A DNA stretch of 64,000 nt from the human T2T-CHM13v2.0 reference genome, Homo sapiens. Position 1 is the stretch's first letter; every line of letters begins with the position of its first letter. Shown piece after piece: positions 15,229-27,834 of this stretch. The notes under the pieces are model-generated. The model saw only the letters and a program-made list of their open reading frames with translations, made no database searches and was not told where the DNA came from. Both the position numbers and the translations under genes were made by a program. Location: the NCBI RefSeq assembly GCF_009914755.1, contig NC_060934.1; one strand, written 5' to 3'.

Positions 15229-15644
15229 TGATATGGTTTGGCTCTGTGTCCCCACCCAAAACTCGTTTCATATTGTAATCCCCATGTGTCAGGGGAGGGA
15301 CCCAGTGGCTGGTGATTGGATCATGGGGGCAGTTTGCCCCATGCTGTTCTCGTGATAGTGAGCGAGTTCTCATGGGATGTGGTGGTTTAAAAGTGTGTGG
15401 CAGTTGCCTCCTTGTTCTGTCTCTCTCCTGCTTCACCATGGTAAGATGTGCTTACTTCTTCTTCACCTTCTGCCATGATTGTAAGTTTCCTGAGTCCTAC
15501 CAGTCTTGCTTCCTGTTAAGCCTGTGGAACTGTGAGTCAATTAAACCTGTTTTCTTTTTTTTTTTTTTTTTTTTTCATAAATTACCCAGTCTCAGGTGGT
15601 TCTTTATTGCAGTGTGAGAATGGACTAACTTATTATAGTTATAT
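15229..15644 (+). mobile_element. THE1D solo LTR inserted in a MIR
   Basis: THE1 start; cttcctgttaagcctgtggaactgtgagtcaattaaacc; TSD agtgc/agtgc. Confidence 0.93.
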
Positions 15645-15875
15645 AGTGCTTACTAATGCTGGGCATTGTTCCAAGAGCTTTTCCTGTATTGACTCCTTAG
15701 ATCATCAAACAACCTATGAGGTAAAGATTATTTGTATATATTGGAGATAGGGAAATTGAAGAAGCACAGAGAAGTTGCATAATATACTTGAGACCATATA
15801 ACTGGTAAATTTTAGAACCTGAATCCAAACTCAGGTAGTTTGGACCTAGAGCCTGAGCTGTTACCTGCCAGGTTA
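15645..15875 (-). mobile_element. MIR (continues 5' of the THE1D at ~15205-15228)
   Basis: tattgagtgc|ttact...acaacctatgaggta...gaaattgaag...cacagagaagtt. Confidence 0.8.
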
Positions 15876-16426
15876 TGCCACCTAACTACATCAAGAAGTA
15901 ATCAAGGAGAAGCAACACAAAGGGTGGAATAATTCAGACTCTGGACCTGTGCCTGTCTTCTCAGCAAGCTCCTCATGGTAAACATAATGTAGTGCATATC
16001 CCCATTCAACCCAAGTCACTTTGCAGGAAATCTTAAAAGCAAAAATTTTAATTATATTTTTCTCATTAGTCACCTAAACATTACAGTATTAATTGGAAAG
16101 TACATTTAAGTTAGATAAGAATGTGAAAATTCTTACTATAGCAATATGTTAAAGGTCCTTTAAAAGTGTTTTCTAATGTGTCCAACACCAATTTGTCTTT
16201 CATTTCTGAGTTACTATTGGCCTAGATCTAATTGATCTTATCCTAATTATTCTGACGGCAACATGGCCAGAAGTAAAGACAATCAAAGAAAGGAAAAGAT
16301 GGATATCACTTTTTATACACTTAAATATGTTATTTTAATAGCTCAAATAATATAACCTGCATGAGATAAATACAGTGAATTCATTAGATAATGTTTTATA
16401 TTTGGGGGAGGTTTTAAAATGCCGTC

Positions 16427-16793
16427 TGATATGGTTTGGCTTTGTGTTCTTACCCAAATCTCATGTTGAATTGTATTTCCCAATGGTGGGGGAGGGACCT
16501 GGTGGGAGGTGACTGGATCAGCAAGATTTCTCCTTTGCTGTTCTTGTGATAGTGAGAGGGTTCTCATGAGATCTGGTTGTTTAAAAGTGTGTAGCACATC
16601 CCCCTTCACTCTCTCTCCTGCTCCAACATGTCGCTTTCCCATTGCTTTCCTCCATGATTGTAAATTTCCTTGAGTCTCCCCAGTTGTGCTTCCTGTACAG
16701 CCTACAGAACTGTGAGTCAACTAAACCTCTTTTCTTTATGAATTACCCAGACTCAGGCAGTTCTTTACAGCAGTGTGAGAACAGACTAATATA
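16427..16793 (+). mobile_element. THE1D/MSTA-type solo LTR
   Basis: tgatatggtttggctttgtg...cttcctgtacagcctacagaactgtgagtcaa...acagactaatata. Confidence 0.92.
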
Positions 16794-16797
16794 ACCA

Positions 16798-17430
16798 TCC
16801 ATTCATGTAACAAATATTTATTGAGTTTCTGTTATGTGCTAGGCATTATTTAGGTGCTGATGTCATGGAGAACAAAACAGACAAGATACCTGCTGTAATG
16901 GAGTTTTTATGTGGGTAGAAATGAGATAGGTAATATAGATGACAATACACAATTTAATGAAAAAATAAATGGAAGATATATGGTATTGAGCGTTATGAAA
17001 ATAGCTAAGCTAGGATATTGTGATAGTGAATTACTGGTAGCTACCTTAGAATAGGTGGTTAGGAGAGACCTCTCTGAAGTGGTGACAAGAAGCTAATATC
17101 AGAGTGACCAGGAGGATCCAACCAAACAGAGAAGCACACAACCTAGAGCTTTCTGAGCAATAGGTAGTTTTGAGGACTGGAAGAGTTGGCTTGTCATGTT
17201 CTAGGAACAGAAAAAAAAGCTGAACCTGCTGGATGGTAGGAGGCAAAGAAGAGAAGAGAGTGATAAGCTCAGAAAGGCAGGTGGATCTAGTTCACGTTGG
17301 GCTTTATTAGCCTAGGAAAATTTGGATTTCTTTCCAGTGTGATGGGAAACCATACTGCAGTAGGAGCTGCATTTTAAAATGATGCCCATTTTGAAAGATC
17401 ACTCAAGCTACTATGCGGAGAATGGATCAT
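16798..17430 (-). mobile_element. L2 (L2a-like) 3' fragment
   Basis: cattcatgtaacaaatatttattgag...tgtgctaggca...ttttgaaagatcactc. Confidence 0.85.
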
Positions 17431-17439
17431 TGAAGGTGT

Positions 17440-17825
17440 TAGTCGAAGATGGGTTTGGCTGCATGTAATAGAAAAACCAGTGCAATAACTTAAATAAGAT
17501 AGAATTTTTTATTATTCTTTTTATTTTTCTCACATGACACAACATCCAGAGGTAGGCAGTCTGAACTGCCATAGCTATGTTTGCGATTTCTTTGGTGTTT
17601 TTCCTCATGTTCAATATTAGTCCTGGGTAACAGACAGAAAAAGGGTGCCCAAAGGACAGAAGCCTTCTCTGCCAGCTAAACCATGTCCTTTTAAAGCAGT
17701 TTATTCAGAAATCTCACCTAAAAATGTTTGCTTACCATGTATGGATCAATACTGTGTATGTGGCCAACACTATAGCAAGAAAGACTATTTCTGGGTGTTG
17801 ACCTAGACTCATTGCTGCCTTCATA
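17440..17825 (-). mobile_element. Old MaLR LTR (MLT1I/J-like)
   Basis: tttggctgcatgtaatagaaaaacc...cttaaataagatagaa...ccagaggtaggcagtc. Confidence 0.6.
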
Positions 17826-17839
17826 AAAATTATGGTCAG

Positions 17840-18095
17840 GTATTCATCTTTCTAAGCTTGTTGTATTTCCTGTAAAATAATAACAATAATAATGATAAAT
17901 GGTGACTTCATTATGGTGAAATCAAAGTTTAAAATGAGATGATGCGATCAGAACATTTAGCACAGTGACTGACTTATGGTAAGTACTCAATAAATACTAT
18001 CTATTAGAATGTAAGCTTCACGAAAGTAGGAATCAAGTCTGCCTCATGCAAGCATTCAGTAAATATTTGTTGAATGCTGAACCAATAAATGCATG
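17840..18095 (+). mobile_element. MIR 3' part followed by L2 3' end
   Basis: catttagcacagtg...gtaagtactcaataaa; tagaatgtaagcttcacga...aaatatttgttgaatg. Confidence 0.7.
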
Positions 18096-18859
18096 AGGTA
18101 AATTCTCATGAAGTTTACAGGGTAGGACTGTGGTTGTACCACAGTCAGTAGAGTGTATACATTTGCGTTAAAAATACATGAGGAAAAAAAACACCAACAG
18201 AGTGCTTTACAAACATATAATTAACAGATCCTAGATTAAGCTCACATTGCATTCTCTGGATTTTTGGAAGAAAACTCATTGCTGTAATGTTGTCCCTGGA
18301 GTATTGCCAACATTCAAAAATATCAATTTGTTTCAAATGATGTTCTGTGAAGGCAGGATAATGCAGAAGAAGACAGAATTTAACTCTTAAAATTCAAGAG
18401 CTTTGAGTTAGTTTAAAAACAAAAAACAAAACCTCTGTACTATTTTAATTTTTTTTCACTTTGGGGGAATAATTTACAACCATCTGAAAAATAACACCCA
18501 ATTCTAGTCTTTTTTACATTGTGAATTACATTCCAAAGAGGTGAATGTTTTTTCTAAAGAAATTTATCAATAGCTATTTAGTTATCAAGCTATTTTTATG
18601 AGGTCTTAATTTTTGTTTCTATTTTGTGGAAGGCTGATGACCATTTGCTAGCTTTTCTTTGTCTAAGGCTAAATTTTAAGCCCTATTATATTATAGTCTC
18701 ACTTTTTAAAAAGTTTCATACCATTACAAATTCATCTCACAGAAACAAATGTGATAGTCACTAAGCAATTTTGAAGATTTAACTTTCTAAAGCCTGGTTA
18801 ATATGTATACATTTCTGAAACTAAGGAGCAAATATCTAAGCATTTCTATCTTTTCAGTA

Positions 18860-20380
18860 GAGCAATAAAGTAAGTCGAGGAATTTATGAGGAAACTCTTG
18901 AAGATCATGCACATGAATTTAGATACCATTTGTTGACCATAAGGAACCACTGAAAGGCTTTTGAGGAGGGATATAATGTGTTCAAATTTTCAGGCTAGAA
19001 ATATAATTCTGCCTTCAGGAGGTAAGATAATGGATTGAGGTAGTCGTGATAAGAGAAACAGAAGTAACCAAGTAGAATATTGAACTGGTCAAGAATCATG
19101 CAGTTTTGTCTCAGTGTACCAGCAGTGTAGATGCTTGTGAGTGAATCAGTTTAACTTTTGTTTTAATGGTAGAATCAACAGTACTGAAAAGAAATTGGAC
19201 ATGTAGAAGTAGGAAAGAGGAAGAGACAAAGAAGGGTTTTGGCTATCTGCAGAAAGCAATTAGATGGCATCACTAACCTGAGTAATGAAGACAGGAGTAA
19301 GTTTGGGGAGAAGAATAATGAGTAAGTTTTAGGCATATGAAGGATCCAGTGATGTCCAGTAAGAAGCTGAATACACAGTATTCTAAAATTCAGAAGAGTG
19401 TTTTGAGCTGAAGATATAAAAGCTATGGGAACAGATTATTAGAGTAAGTTGAAAAGAATATAGAAAACCAATTTAGTGAAGCATGACTAAGAGCTGCAAG
19501 TTTGCAGGGAAAAGGGATTGTCTGGCAGAGGTGGCAGAAGGACTGACCTGTGCACATCCATAGGCACATGGAATAGCAGGATGAATGTGGGAAACTAGAG
19601 GGAGTTTGATACCAAAGCGTGGCACGTGAGACTAAAGAGGCAGGCCACGTCCAGATTTTATAAAGGGAAATCTGGTATGACAGTTATTCTAAAGAGCTTG
19701 GGCTTTATCTTGCAATTAATGGGAAACCATTGAAAGGTTTTTAATGGGGAGTGACTCGATACCATCAGACTGCTGACAATCATGATGGATGGAATATGGG
19801 GAGTCTGGCAGGAAAGAGGGAAACTAATTAGAAGTTCTTGCAATCACTTGGTGAGAGATAATGAGGCGTTTACTAAGATAGCAACAGTGGGAAAGGATGT
19901 GAGGACAAAGAGTGAAGATATATTTAGAATTGGTTGGCTATAAGGGCAGAAGGAAAGTGAGGGGTCAAGGATGATGCCTAGTGTTCTCATTTGGGTGAGT
20001 AGATGAATAAATCTTAACATCAACAACTGTGAAAGATAATGAAGGAGGGAAAAAGGACTGAGAAGGTATGGTCAAATAATTAGGAAGAAATATAGAAAGA
20101 AAGTAGTGTGGCGTGTACTTCAAGAGTGTATCACGAGCGTAGAGAGTTTCAGGAAGTGGACAGTAGTGCTAAATGCTTTTAGCAGCCAGGTCAGTTAAGA
20201 ACCAAAAATTCTCTTCTGATTTAACGACCAAGAGGACAGTTTCTGGGTGAAAGTGGTTTCAGTGGGGTGGTACAGACAGAAACCAGACTGCTGTGGGAGG
20301 AAGACGAAGGGAGGAAGTGGCGATAGTCTAGACACCTTCAAAAAGCATAGAAAGTAATACAAAATAGAGACAGAGAACAA
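18860..20380 (-). mobile_element. Series of degraded L2 fragments
   Basis: gaaaccattgaaaggttttt, gtcaaggatgatgcctag, gtttcagtggggtggtacagacagaaaccagactg. Confidence 0.7.
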
Positions 20381-21144
20381 AATGAGACTGTAGAATAAAT
20401 CCAGTTTTCTTCTTGACTGGTGTGATAGGATATATACATATGTATCTGTGTGTCTATATCTACCATATAATATCAATGGCCATATATATGTTATAAACAC
20501 ATATATCACCTATTACCCCTCATCCAAAAATATATATTCTAATTTATTTTTCTATAGATGAAATTCAATCATTTAATATACAATGTGAACAATTTTCAAT
20601 TATAAGAAATGAAATATAAAATAATATTAAATACTATCATTGAATATCTTAGTGAACAATTGAAATAATAAAAAGGAATATAAAAATAATATTAAATACT
20701 GAGCAATAATTTTATTACTCTTATACTTTGTAGAATATTTCAATTAAATATTATTTTGCCAATTTAAAACAAAGAATGAAGTTCTGCTTATGAAGAGGAA
20801 GTCCTCTCCCACTGCTTACATTTTCCATATGTTATTTATTTTTTAGCAATAGGATAATTATTTCCAGATTCCTCTTTAACCTCTGAAGGCCTCTGGAATG
20901 TTTACTTTACATGGGCTTTTGTCTTATTGTTGTGGTGCTAACTATTTCTTTAAAGTGGGATTTTGGATACCTAGGATTAGCATTCATGAATCAGCAGAGC
21001 CCTCTAATCAAGTAAAACCAATCTCCAGCAACTTAATAAAACAAAAATGTGTTCCCCTTGTTTAAAAACAGAGTATCAGCTGTGCTAGAATGAATGTTAT
21101 TTTTCATTTATCTTCTGAAACTATCTCTCAGATGCTTTACTTAT

Positions 21145-21250
21145 TAATTAATTCATTAAACAACACTTACTTTGTGTCTGTCTACTATGTACCAGGCACT
21201 GTTTAGATGCTAGGGGCTACAGCAACACAAAATTAGTAAAAGTCCCTTTT
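21145..21250 (-). mobile_element. L2 3' end
   Basis: attcattaaacaacactt...ctactatgtaccaggcactgtttagatgctagg. Confidence 0.7.
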
Positions 21251-21369
21251 CTTTGCAGCCTTCAGGAGCCTTAATCACAAATTAGATCCCTAGCTCTGCA
21301 AAGATGCCCTCCATATACCACTCAAACTCAGATGCCTCACACCATGCTGCCCTCTCTCACCCTTTCCAG

Positions 21370-21506
21370 GTTCTGACATGCTAAACTGGGTCATGACTCC
21401 ATTTTCCATATGGATACTGTCAAAGGAAAAAAGTAGTTTAAGTGAATCGAATTGAGATTAAAGTATTTATCCAGCTCGTGCACATCAGGAATGACTTGAA
21501 AATCAG
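21370..21506 (+). other. Candidate non-coding cassette exon (137 nt)
   Basis: Polypyrimidine acceptor ctgccctctctcaccctttccag|G and donor CAG|gtaact; stops in all three frames. Confidence 0.25.
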
Positions 21507-22086
21507 GTAACTTCCCTAACTGAAGCAGGATTGGAGTTCTATGGGGTGAGGAGAGGAGAGGTATATGTGTACTTTTGGTCTGGCCCAGATTGAAGTTACA
21601 TTCATCTTTAACTGTTGTAAAACTTTCAGTTTAAAGGTCTGAGATTGTTCTGGTTTTCATGCCTCTTGTTCTGGATCATTGTTTCATTTCCCTCCTGGCA
21701 ACTGTCAGAACAGTTCTTTCAAGAGCTGTTTTTACAATATTTGCAGTTTTTTAAGGTTCGCAGGCGGGGGTGGAGGGAAAGAAAAAAAAGATGGAGGGTG
21801 GAGGGAAAGAGGAGAAAAACAGCAAATAAGGAAGGCAAGGTTTGAAACAAGAGAAACTGAGGTCTGTTTAAATCCTTTTACTATACACTCTTCACCCCGT
21901 CAGCTCTAACTCCTCATGCAGGGGAGCTTCAATGTACATGTTCTCTTTCTCCTGATTGTGTTTCAACAACCCTGAGTCAATTCCCTAACTTGCTCTGACC
22001 AAGTTAGACATAGGCATTAGGATGAAGTTGTTCTGAAAGGTAAGAGAGGACAGGGGGCTGAAAAACTAAATAAATAAAAGAAAACA

Positions 22087-22455
<369 letters not shown>

Positions 22456-22519
22456 TTATAAAACTTCAGTGCTGTCCTTGAGCTTTCACAATACAGTTAT
22501 TTGTTAAGATCAAAGACAA

Positions 22520-22630
22520 CACAGTCAGAAAGATCTGGATTCTAGTTCACTCTTTGCCACTTACTACATGTATGTCCTTGAGGAAAATAGTTAATCTTTC
22601 AACCTCATTATCTTCTAAATATACATTATT
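22520..22630 (+). mobile_element. MIR fragment
   Basis: agtcagaaagatctgg...tgccacttacta...ccttgag. Confidence 0.65.
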
Positions 22631-22649
22631 ATATTGTAATAGTAAACAT

Positions 22650-23225
22650 TTTTGATACATTTACCAAAAATCCAGATCTAACTGGATTACTCAAAAATTT
22701 ATTGAATTATAGAACTTGAACATGGGAAAGCAAAGTTAGTGTCAGCAAAGATGGGATCCTACACCTGGATCCTCCTCAGGACTTTATCTTGTTTCTGTTA
22801 CTTTTTGTGTGTTGGTTTCATTCTCTCCTACTGCAGCAGGGCTTTCTCCATGTGAAAGGCAATAGGGCATAGACATCTTTGGATTTGCAACCCGTTAGCA
22901 TCAACACTGGAGAGAAATTGATCTATCTATCAGATGCAGCAAGGAAAAAATCTAGGAGTGATCGCAGATTTTGGCCTAACTTGGGCTACTTGCCCATTCC
23001 CAACTCAATCACTGTGGTCAAGAGTATGGGGCATGATGTCTAAATTATATACCCATTCTTGTGGCCAGAATGTGGTTGTCAGTTACAGGGTCTTGCTAGC
23101 CAAACAAAGGCAATGGTCACTACCTAGTTCATACAGTTTCCTTAAGAAACAAATTGTTATAAAAAATCAGTCAGTATATGAAAACAATGACAACAACAAA
23201 ACCTCAGAACTCAATAGACACTAAT
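22650..23225 (-). mobile_element. Old MaLR LTR (MLT1K-like)
   Basis: gtgttggtttcattctc...ggctttctccatgtg...cttgggctacttgcccattccc...aatcactgtggtcaag. Confidence 0.6.
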
Positions 23226-24738
23226 CATAAAGCAACTCTATTCCTTTTCCCATTGTGCTTAAAACTCCTTTGGAATAGTACTACTGTTTTCTCTATACTT
23301 GGAATACATTTGGGTAGACTGGACTATTTCTCTGCTTTATTTTAATCACAAGAAAATACAAATCTCATTTTGTAATTAAGATGTACTCCAGTGTAATGAA
23401 GTATTTAACTTCAAACTTAATGCAAATTTAAAGATTCTATTTAGCATTCCCCCAAGATGTATGGATGGTTTGCTTTTCTATTCCTTAAATTTATTCTTCA
23501 CACCCACTAGCTAACCATGGTTTCTAATCTCTGAATTTTTCCTAGAGGGGAGAGAGAAACAAGGTAAAACTGGCATAGTGACAAGTACTGTTGTCACATG
23601 GCTGGTCATATCACTGAGGAATGTGCAATCGAATCTTACAAGCTTGTAAGATGTCAAACTGGTTTTTCCATAAGATTTTATTGCACATTTCTCAGACATT
23701 TCTCTCCAAGAACCTTCCAGTTGCACTTCCATTGATTTAGGGAATGTCTTCTAAGGCTAGTAACTTCAAGTTCTCTCTTATTCAGTTTTCCAAGTCATCC
23801 TTCTGAAAAATCACTTGGCCCCTCCAACGGCCTTCCTGAGTAGGATCCCTTTCAAGAAGGTCCAGGGGGCCTGTTTCTTATTTGCGCCCCCACCCCCCAA
23901 CCCACTTTTTTTTTTTTTAATCTTTGGGAAGAGTAGCCTGTAGAAATAGAATTTTAAGAAAGTTATAAACATGACTCTTACACCAGTATACAGTGAGCAT
24001 ATGTGAAAGATTTATTTGACTCATTTATAAGGGAACCAGCAGGATAGTAAACCCAGTTCAAAAGGTATTTGGGAAACAAAGTATGTATAGGTACTGAAGA
24101 AAAATGTTAGAAAATATTTGATAGGTTACATATAAAACTGATAAAAGTCCTAAAGATCAATAAAACTATAACTTTGGGGACTGTCTTTTCTAGTAGACAG
24201 AAATGATTTGCATCTCTACTGGATAAGAATCTGCAGGTAAATACGTAATTTCATAGGCTCTGGATCCTAATGGCAAACACTCTCTTAAGATAATTAAATA
24301 ATATTCTAGTATATAACATTGAAATGATGTCCAGTCTTCCTTTTGCATTATTTCCATGTTCTGTAAAAATTTTCCAAAAAGTCTGTTTATCTAGCTTGTC
24401 ATCAGTGGAAGTGCAACTTGTATTTCTCTCTGTTCTGCTGCCTTAGGAAATCTAGCCAATCACTGCGCACTAACCTCTAGAGGCACATATTATCCTAAAT
24501 GTCTTAATCCCTTCTCAAATAGTCTAAGGTAGGAAAAAGTGCTTCTTCATCTCCCAGTGGAGAATGGAATGCCAGAAGAGACTACTACAGCACGGGCTTC
24601 AAAAGAATCTCCCCATAGCCTCTTCAGCTTGTTGAATAGGCTTGAGGTGAGCAGTCATAACTGGGGGCAGGACAGCTTTCACCATATCTTACTTTGTCCA
24701 GATAGCATCTTGCTTGAAGGTGTAGGAATACTTGCTAC

Positions 24739-25455
24739 TGTAACTGCCCAATGGGTTCACCTTGCTGGCTGCCTAGACAGAGCTGATTTATCAAGACAGG
24801 CCAATTACAATGGAGAAAGAGTAATTCATGCAGAGCCTGCTGTGTGGGAGACTGGAGTTTTGTTATTACTCAAATCAGTCTCCCCAAGCATTTGAGGACT
24901 GGAGGTTTTAAAGATTTGGCAGGTAAGTGCTCCGGACGTGGGGAGTGCTGATTGGTCAGGTTGGAGATGGAATCAAAGTGAGGTTTTCTTGCTGTCTTCT
25001 GTTCCTGAGTGGGATGGCAGAACTGATTGAGCCAGATTACTAGTCCGGGTGGTGTCAGCTGATCCATCCAATGTAGGGTCTGCAAATATCTCAAGCACTG
25101 AGCCTAGATTTTACAATAGTGATGTTATCCCCAGGAGCAATTTGGGGACGTTCAGACTTTTGCAGTCAGAGGTTGCATGACCCCTAAACTGTAATTTCTA
25201 AACTTGTAGCTAATTTGTTAGTCCTCCAAAGGCCGACTTGTCCCCAGGCAAGAAAGAAGTCTTTTCAGGAAAAGGTTATTTTTAATTTTGTTTCAGAGTC
25301 AAACCATAAACTAAATTCCTTCCCAAGGTTAGTTCGGCCTACACCAGAAATGAACAAGGATAGCTTAAATGTTAGAAGCCAAATGGAGTCAGTTAGATCT
25401 AATCTCTTTCACTGTCATAATTTCCTCAGTTATAATTTTTGCAAAGGCGGTTTCA
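24739..25455 (-). mobile_element. LTR8A solo LTR (ERV1)
   Basis: TG...CA ends; 3' end is the reverse complement of tgaaaccgcctttgcaaaaattataactgaggaaattatgacagtg; TSD ctac/ctac. Confidence 0.92.
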
Positions 25456-26063
25456 CTACCTACTGCATTGTTCTTATCCTGTAGTGCTTCTGGTAAAACT
25501 TCTAGACAATGAGACTTGCATTTAATATTACTTATGTGTAAAGCACTCAGTACAGGACCATGTAGCCCTGAAGGTGAATACAGCCTTCAGTTCTGTGTCC
25601 TAAGAGCATCTATTGCTTCACCCTGGTCCCACCTCTGTTCGGTAGAGTATGTGGTATTTAATAAGCACTCCATAAACGCTCATAATCTGAACTGTACTAC
25701 TGTTACTCTTTTTGTTACTTCCCAGAGAATAAAAAGTTTACATTTTTTAACCTTGCACACATGACCATTTACAATTTCTTCTGAGATTTCCTTTTCAAAC
25801 TCACCTTCCGGGATTTTTTTTTTTTTTTAACCAATCATGTCCCTTGTGGTTCATACTCACTGGGGTAGCTATTAACATAGGCATAAGGGTTAAGAGCATG
25901 CAGTTTGTGGTCAGACAGAATTGAATCTCAGCTGGGCGTGGTGGCTCACACCTGTAATCCCAGCACTTTGGGAGACCGAAGTGGGCAGATCACAAGGTCA
26001 GGAGTTAGAGACCAGCCTGGCCAACATGGTGAAACCCCGTCTCTACTGAAAATACAAAAATTA

Positions 26064-26439
26064 CCATTGCTTCTGGTGTTTTAGTCATGAAGTCTTTGCC
26101 CATGCCTACGTCGTGAATGGTATTGCCTAGGTTTTCTTCTAGCGTTTTTATGACTTTAACTCTTACATTTAAGACTTTACTCCATCTTGAGTTGATTTTT
26201 GTATAAGGTAAAAGGAAGGGGCCCAGTTTCAGTTTTCTGCATATGGCTAGCCTGTTTTCCCAGCACCATTTATTAAATAGGGAACCCTTTCCCCATTTCT
26301 TGTTTCTGTCAGGTTTGTCAAAGATCAGATGGTTGTAGATGTGTAGTATTATTTCTGAGGCCTCTTCTGTTCCATTGATCTATATATCTGTTTTGGCACA
26401 AGTACCATGCTGTTTTGGTTACTGTAGCCTTGTAGTATA
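26064..26439 (-). mobile_element. Inverted 5' segment of twin-primed L1PA
   Basis: Antisense ORF2: ccattgcttctggtgttttagtcatgaag...ttactgtagccttgtagtata. Confidence 0.93.
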
Positions 26440-27417
26440 AAGAGCTTCTGCACAGCAAAAGAAACTATCATCAGAGTGAACAGGCAACCTACAGAATGAG
26501 AGAAAATTTTTGCAATATATCCATCTGACAAAGGACTAATATCCAGAATCTATAAGAGAACTTAAACAAATTTACAAGAAAAAAAAAACCCATCAAAGAG
26601 TGGGTAAGGATATGAACAGACACTTCTCAAAAGAAGATATTTATGTGGCCAACAAACATATGGAAAAAAGCTCATCATCACTCGTCATTAGAGAAATGCA
26701 AACCAAAACCACAATGAGATACCATCTCATGCCAGTTAGAATGTCAATCATTAAAAAGTCAGGAAACAACAGATGCTGGAGAGGATGTGGAGAAATAAGA
26801 ATGCTTTTACACTGTTGGTGGGAGTGCATATTAGTTCAACCATTGTGGAAGACAATGCGGTGATTCCTCAAGGATCTAGAAGCAGAAATACTATTTGACC
26901 CAGCAATCCCATTATTGGGTATACACCCAAAGGATTATAAATCATTCTGCTATAAAGACACATGCACACGTATGTTTACTGTGGCACTGTTCACAATAGC
27001 AAAGACTTGGAACCAACCCAAACATCCATCAATGATAGACTGGCTAAAGAAAATGTGGCACAGGTACACCATGGAATACTTTGCAGCCATAAAAAAGAAT
27101 TAGTTTATGTCCTTTGCAGGGACATGGATGAAGCTAGAAACCATCATTCTCAGCAAACTAACACAGGAACAGAAAACCAAACACCTCATGTTCTCACTCA
27201 TAAGTGGGAGTACAATGAGGACAGATGGACACAGGGAGGGGAACATCACACACCAGGGCCTGTAGTGGGGTGGGAGGCTAGGGGAGGGATAGCATTAGGA
27301 GAAATACCTAATGTAGATGATGGGCTGATGGGTACAGCAAATCACCATGGCATGAGTATACATATGTAACAAACCTGCACATTCTGCACGTGTATCCCAG
27401 AATTTAAAGTATTAAAA
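26438..27417 (+). mobile_element. L1PA (PA7-like) 3' end, non-inverted segment
   Basis: taaagagcttctgcacagc...ORF2 C-terminal remnants (CWRGCGE, HCWWEC, KTWNQPK)...3' UTR gggatagcattaggagaaatacctaatgtagatga. Confidence 0.95.
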
Positions 27418-27834
27418 AAAAATTAGCCAGGGGTCATGGTGCATGCTTGCAGTCCCAGCTACATGGAAGTCAGAGGCACAAGAATTGCTTGAACCTGGGA
27501 GGCAAAGGTTGCAGTGAACTGAGATCATGCTACTGCTCTCCAGCCTGGACAACAGAGCGAGACTCTGTCTCAAAAAAACAAACAAACAAAAAAAGAATTG
27601 GATCTGATTTGACTATGCAAATTATCACTTGGGACCTTGGGCAACTTATTCAACCCCTGAAGGTTTCAGTCTTCTTATATATAAAATGAAGATAACAGAG
27701 ACTTCTTCATAGACTGTTTGTTATAAGATTAGCAAAAACAATGTACTTGAAATGCTTAGAAGATAATACATGCTCTATAAATGATGGCTATCCTTTTGTG
27801 CCTGAATCCTTGGGTTCTTTTGTAATTTCCTGCC

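Larger units (their letters stand above)
25930..27593 (+). mobile_element. AluS (Sg-like) split at A-rich linker by L1 (arms 25930-26063 and 27426-27593)
   Basis: Left arm ends aaaatacaaaaatta, right arm resumes gccagg; outer TSD agaattgaatct/agaattggatct. Confidence 0.93.
25875..27790 (+). mobile_element. MIR split by Alu/L1 nest (pieces ~25875-25928 and ~27606-27790)
   Basis: ggttaagagcatg...gtcagacaga | ...gaccttgggcaacttatt...tcagtcttcttat...tgcttagaa. Confidence 0.75.

Noticed and set aside
11598-16427. Full MaLR provirus between co-oriented THE1/MST LTRs
   Set aside because: The intervening DNA contains MIR, Alu and unique sequence rather than THE1/MST internal sequence, and the LTRs have separate target sites.
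24181-24242. Small exon candidate (tag...CAG|gtaaat); similar one at 47178-47241
   Set aside because: Short pyrimidine tract or weak donor; indistinguishable from background pseudo-exons.
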